NCBI GenBank assembly: GCA_964509795.1
Contig: CAZDZB010000002.1
Span: 1-49,243, forward strand
DNA from: an uncultured Christensenellaceae bacterium
Lineage (GTDB): Bacteria; Bacillota; Clostridia; Christensenellales; UMGS416
Direction of reading: 5' to 3'
Length of the DNA: 49,243 nt
Made by a program: the position numbers and the translations under genes. The notes under the pieces were generated by a model. The model did no database searches and was not told the origin of the DNA. It saw nothing but the letters and a program-made list of their open reading frames with translations. This document shows positions 46,090 through 49,243 of the stretch, one piece after another; position 1 is the first letter of the stretch, and every line of letters starts with the position of its first letter.

Positions 46090-46118
46090 ATAATATCATT
46101 ATTTTTTATATTAGTCAA
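46090..46118 (-). promoter_or_regulatory. Putative promoter of ilvN-ilvC
   Basis: On the minus strand: -35 TTGACT (46118-46113), 17-nt spacer, -10 TATTAT (46095-46090). Confidence 0.5.
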
Positions 46119-46119
46119 C

Positions 46120-47550
46120 TTACACTTTTACTATTCCTTTATCTCCCAGAAAATCGGCATATCTGCTTAAAACCGGATTTATATATTCTCCTATGAATTC
46201 ATCCACCTGGCTTTGGCACCTGCCGATAAATAATTTGGCATCAACTATACTATCTATATCATCTTTTACTGAAGCAAAAGCTTTATCTTTTTTTATTCTG
46301 TCAAGAAGGTCATTATCAAGGCCTTCGGCTTTCACCCTGTGGCCTGCGGCCATTGAGTGCTCCCTTATTCTTTCGTGAAGTTTCTGCCTGTCCCCGCCTT
46401 TTTGCACGGCGGCCATCAATATTCTTTCCGTTGCCATAAAGGGCAGTTCACTATTCACTCTTTTTTCTATCATCTTTTCATATACAACCAAATCTGCCGC
46501 TATATTTGAATATATATTCAAAATGGCGTCAATTGCCAGAAATGCCTGCGGGATAACCAGCCGCTTGTTAGCCGAATCATCCAGAGTTCTTTCAAGCCAC
46601 TGAACAGATGCTGTGTTGGCCGGGCTGCTTACCAAAGATATAACAAACCTGGCCAAAGAATTTATCCTCTCGCTTCGCATGGGGTTTCTTTTGTATGCCA
46701 TTGCGGATGAACCAATCTGTTTTGAAGAGAATGGTTCTTCAACTTCTTTTAAATTCTGCAGCAGGCGTAAATCATTGGCAAACTTTGCAGCGGACTGGGC
46801 AATGAGTCCAAGAGAGTTAATAACGATTGTGTCGAATTTCCTGGGATAAGTCTGCCCTGTCACAGGATACCATTCAGCATATCCCAGCTTGTCGCATACT
46901 TTTTTCTCGAGCTCTTTTACTTTGTTTTCATCTCCGTCGAATAACGCCAAAAAACTGTCCTGAGTTCCCGTTGTTCCTTTTACGCCTCTAAGCTTTACAA
47001 TACTTTTAATATGCTCAATTTCCGTTAAATCCATAAGAAGTTCCTGCATCCACAATGTCGTGCGTTTTCCAACAGTGGTAAGCTGGGCAGGCTGAAAATG
47101 AGTAAACCCGAGAGTTGGCAAACTTTTATACTTTTCAGCAAAAGTCTTTAACTTATCAATAACGTTCACAAGGCGCCTCACTACCAGGTTTAACGCTTCA
47201 TCCATTATAATAATGTCTGTATTATCCCCTACAAAGCAGCTGGTTGCGCCAAGATGAATTATGCCTGCCGCCTTATCGCATTGCTGGGAAAAGGCATAAA
47301 CATGGCTCATGACATCGTGCCTGACTATTTTTTCCCTTTCTTCGGCAACATCCAGATTAAGATTATCTTTGTATTCTTTCATCTGTTTTATTTGCTCTTT
47401 AGTTATGGAAAGGCCAAGCTCCATTTCGCTTTCCGCAAGGGCTATCCATATTCTTCGCCATGTTTTAAATTTTTTATCATCAGAAAATAAATATCCCATT
47501 TCAGGGCTTGAATACCTTGTGATTAAAGGGTTTTGATAAGTGTCGTGCAT
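46120..47550 (-). CDS. purB: Adenylosuccinate lyase
   Basis: 476 aa. NPLITRYSS N-terminus and the fumarate-lyase signature SSAMAYKRNP. Confidence 0.92.
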   Translation of the reverse strand: MHDTYQNPLITRYSSPEMGYLFSDDKKFKTWRRIWIALAESEMELGLSITKEQIKQMKEYKDNLNLDVAEEREKIVRHDVMSHVYAFSQQCDKAAGIIHLGATSCFVGDNTDIIIMDEALNLVVRRLVNVIDKLKTFAEKYKSLPTLGFTHFQPAQLTTVGKRTTLWMQELLMDLTEIEHIKSIVKLRGVKGTTGTQDSFLALFDGDENKVKELEKKVCDKLGYAEWYPVTGQTYPRKFDTIVINSLGLIAQSAAKFANDLRLLQNLKEVEEPFSSKQIGSSAMAYKRNPMRSERINSLARFVISLVSSPANTASVQWLERTLDDSANKRLVIPQAFLAIDAILNIYSNIAADLVVYEKMIEKRVNSELPFMATERILMAAVQKGGDRQKLHERIREHSMAAGHRVKAEGLDNDLLDRIKKDKAFASVKDDIDSIVDAKLFIGRCQSQVDEFIGEYINPVLSRYADFLGDKGIVKV

Positions 47551-47583
47551 TTGGCTTACTCCTTTAAAAATAATTATTAAAAA

Positions 47584-47607
47584 AGCCCCTTAATTGATTA
47601 AGGGGCT
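47584..47607 (-). terminator. Rho-independent terminator of the rpsF-ssb-rpsR operon
   Basis: 9-bp stem AGCCCCTTA / TAAGGGGCT. On the minus strand it is followed by TTTTTTAATAA. Confidence 0.8.
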
Positions 47608-47617
47608 CACTTTTTAA

Positions 47618-47854
47618 TCAGTCGCCTGTGTATGGCAGTAGTGCCATTTTCCTGGCACGCTTTATGGCAGTTGCAAGCCACCTTTGGTGCTTTGCGCAAG
47701 TGCCTGACATGCGGCGCGGCAAAATCTTGCCGCTTTCGCTGATATATCTGCGCAGCTTAGCTACGTCTTTGTAATCGATTTCTGTTGCTTTATCAACACA
47801 GAAAGAGCAGACTTTACGTTTGCGTCCTTTTCCTCTATATGAATTATCTGACAT
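47618..47854 (-). CDS. rpsR: 30S ribosomal protein S18
   Basis: 78 aa. CSFCVDK...IDYKD...[15 protein letters not shown]. Confidence 0.95.
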   Translation of the reverse strand: MSDNSYRGKGRKRKVCSFCVDKATEIDYKDVAKLRRYISESGKILPRRMSGTCAKHQRWLATAIKRARKMALLPYTGD

Positions 47855-47904
47855 ATAAACAATTCTCCTTTCGCAATATAATAACCATACTGGTTATTTA
47901 AAGC

Positions 47905-48312
47905 CTAAAACGGCATGTCCTCATTGATTTCAAGCATCTGAGAACCATCATTTGATGAGTCAGGAGCGTCATATGAATTTCCACCCTGGGAATTATTAGA
48001 TGATCTTAAAAACTGAACTTCTTCAGCAATTATTTCAGTAATGTACTTTTTTGTGCCGTCTTTTCCGTCATAACTGCGGGTTTGAATCTGGCCTGCTATG
48101 GCCACCTGAGAACCCTTCCGCAGATATTTGGCAGCATTTTCCCCTTGCTTTCTCCATACAACTATATTGAAAAAGTCTGTTTCTCTTTCACCGTTTTGGT
48201 TTTGAAATCTTCTACTTACGCCAATGGAAAAAGTGCATACGCTTACTCCGTTTGGTGTTGAGCGAAGTTCAGGGTCTTTTGTTAAATTACCGATTAAAAT
48301 ACATCTGTTCAT
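47905..48312 (-). CDS. ssb: Single-stranded DNA-binding protein
   Basis: 135 aa. OB fold MNRCILIGNLTKDPELR. Acidic tail ending in DMPF. Confidence 0.93.
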   Translation of the reverse strand: MNRCILIGNLTKDPELRSTPNGVSVCTFSIGVSRRFQNQNGERETDFFNIVVWRKQGENAAKYLRKGSQVAIAGQIQTRSYDGKDGTKKYITEIIAEEVQFLRSSNNSQGGNSYDAPDSSNDGSQMLEINEDMPF

Positions 48313-48341
48313 ACTTCTTCCTCACTAATCTGGTTAAATTC

Positions 48342-48641
48342 TTATTCTTCTTCGTTTTCGCCTTTGCGAACAACCATATAGCGTATAATAGGTTCAGTTA
48401 TTCTGAACACACGCTCTAACTCTACCGGAAATTCCGGCGCACTTTCAAAGTTCATCAGGACATAATAGCCTTCTGTTTTGTAGTTGATAGGATAAGCCAA
48501 AGTTCTCTTACCCCACTTATCTACATTCAAAACCTTGCCGCCGTTGCTTGCAACAAGTTCTTCAAACTTTGTGATGTTTGCTGCGATATCTTCTTCGCTA
48601 AGCAGTGCATCAATAACATAAAGTACTTCGTATTTGTTCAT
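48342..48641 (-). CDS. rpsF: 30S ribosomal protein S6
   Basis: I start it at MNKYEVLYVID (ATG 48641), preceded by AAGGAGGTG. The track ORF start (48740) is a 33-aa extension through the leader. Confidence 0.92.
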   Translation of the reverse strand: MNKYEVLYVIDALLSEEDIAANITKFEELVASNGGKVLNVDKWGKRTLAYPINYKTEGYYVLMNFESAPEFPVELERVFRITEPIIRYMVVRKGENEEE

Positions 48642-48737
48642 TGTTTCACCTCCTTGGTCTATTGTCCGGTGATAATCTTCACCGGAGAAGATGGGCTCTC
48701 GACGTAATATTATAGCATTAAATGTCTGGAGAGACAA
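48642..48737 (-). promoter_or_regulatory. rpsF promoter and structured leader
   Basis: On the minus strand: -35 TTGTCT (48737-48732), 17-nt spacer ending in TGC, -10 TATAAT (48714-48709). The leader of about 60 nt contains the 7-bp hairpin CCGGUGA-AGAUUA-UCACCGG (48666-48685) just upstream of the SD. Confidence 0.5.
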
Positions 48738-48796
48738 CAATTTTTTACAGTTAATTTTAACTTTACAATATGATTTGCTAAGCTATTGTATTTTTT

Positions 48797-48826
48797 AAGA
48801 AAAAAATTCTTGTTTATTACAAGAAT
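48797..48826 (-). terminator. Weak AU-rich terminator-like hairpin upstream of the rpsF promoter
   Basis: 8-bp palindrome ATTCTTGT / ACAAGAAT (48806-48826) with a 5-nt loop. On the minus strand it is followed by TTTTTTCTT. Only 2 of the pairs are GC. Confidence 0.3.
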
Positions 48827-48904
48827 AAAGACAAGTACTTTTTTTCAAGTTATTATATTAACAATAATTTAAAGTATTCATCATGAAGGAGTAGTATATT
48901 TATA

Positions 48905-49117
48905 ATGAATAAAGGTGATAGTTTTTTTCAATTTCACAGAAGTTATGTTAAGTCACTGGAAAACAGAAAAATTGAAGAAAAAGAGAATAAAATGAAGAAT
49001 TTTGATAATCTGGATGTCAACAGACAAAAATCCGCTGTATTAAGAAAAGTAGTATCAATTATATTAATTGCTTTTCTTATATTATTACCTGGGTTACTTT
49101 TTACATTCTGCGGGTAA
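48905..49117 (+). CDS. Small hypothetical membrane protein
   Basis: 70 aa ORF with a C-terminal hydrophobic helix (VVSIILIAFLILLPGLLFTF). GGAG lies 13 nt upstream, which is a long spacing. No homology recognised. Confidence 0.3.
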   Translation: MNKGDSFFQFHRSYVKSLENRKIEEKENKMKNFDNLDVNRQKSAVLRKVVSIILIAFLILLPGLLFTFCG

Positions 49118-49182
49118 ACATAAAAGTTATTGTATTTTACTATTATTTATATTTTACAATTAACAATTCTTTATATCGATTA

Positions 49183-49213
49183 AAAAACGAAAAAAACCGC
49201 CATTTCTGACGGT
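49183..49213 (-). terminator. Rho-independent terminator for a minus-strand RNA entering from the right edge
   Basis: On the minus strand: ACCGUC-AGAAAU-GGCGGU (includes a U.G pair that would be a C.A mismatch on the + strand), followed by TTTTTTCGTTTTTT. Confidence 0.6.
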
Positions 49214-49223
49214 CTTCTTCGTA

Positions 49224-49243
49224 TGGCGTGCCTGAAGAGATTC
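49224..49243 (-). tRNA. Probable 3' end of a tRNA (isotype undetermined), truncated by the window edge
   Basis: The minus strand reads ...GAAT CTCTT CAGGCAC G CCA. That parses as end of T loop, T-stem 3' strand, 7-nt acceptor strand, discriminator G and CCA. A terminator follows immediately. Confidence 0.4.

Overview
Chromosomal segment of a low-GC Firmicute. Gene order and protein signatures look clostridial: yerC-pcrA-ligA, yabE-like/rsmA/HIT, rpsF-ssb-rpsR, GerMN lipoproteins. I count 44 protein-coding genes, two complete tRNAs (Leu-CAA, Glu-CUC) and a probable partial tRNA at the right edge. One gene, ligA, is absent from the ORF track because it runs off the left edge. Several track ORFs carry spurious N-terminal extensions, which I trimmed. 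Content is mostly housekeeping: DNA replication/repair (ligA, pcrA, recG, ssb), envelope (PBP1A, uppP, murG, a UDP-L-FucNAc gene set plus a GT4 transferase), metabolism (thrB, ilvN, ilvC, purB), RNA functions (rsmA, rnr, ttcA-like), transport (heterodimeric ABC exporter, mntP, AEC) and signalling (GGDEF/EAL protein, OmpR/HK pair, glpP). I found no transposase, integrase, CRISPR array, restriction-modification, toxin-antitoxin or other recognisable defence genes. I do not see a clear-cut new multi-gene system. The best candidates for something undescribed are: (i) a four-gene, translationally coupled module of WalRK-like response regulator, sensor kinase and two GerMN-domain lipoproteins (38388-42999); (ii) a roughly 225-nt structured, unclassifiable leader in front of thrB, whose proposed closing helix would sequester the Shine-Dalgarno, combined with an apparent ATT start codon (17534-17835); (iii) an AT-rich islet around a stand-alone tRNA-Glu(CUC), containing a 157-bp-period direct repeat, a compact three-way-junction element and two orphan genes, one encoding a secreted Thr/Asn-rich protein (35991-38305). 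All calls come from reading the sequence and from recalled family signatures. No database search was run.
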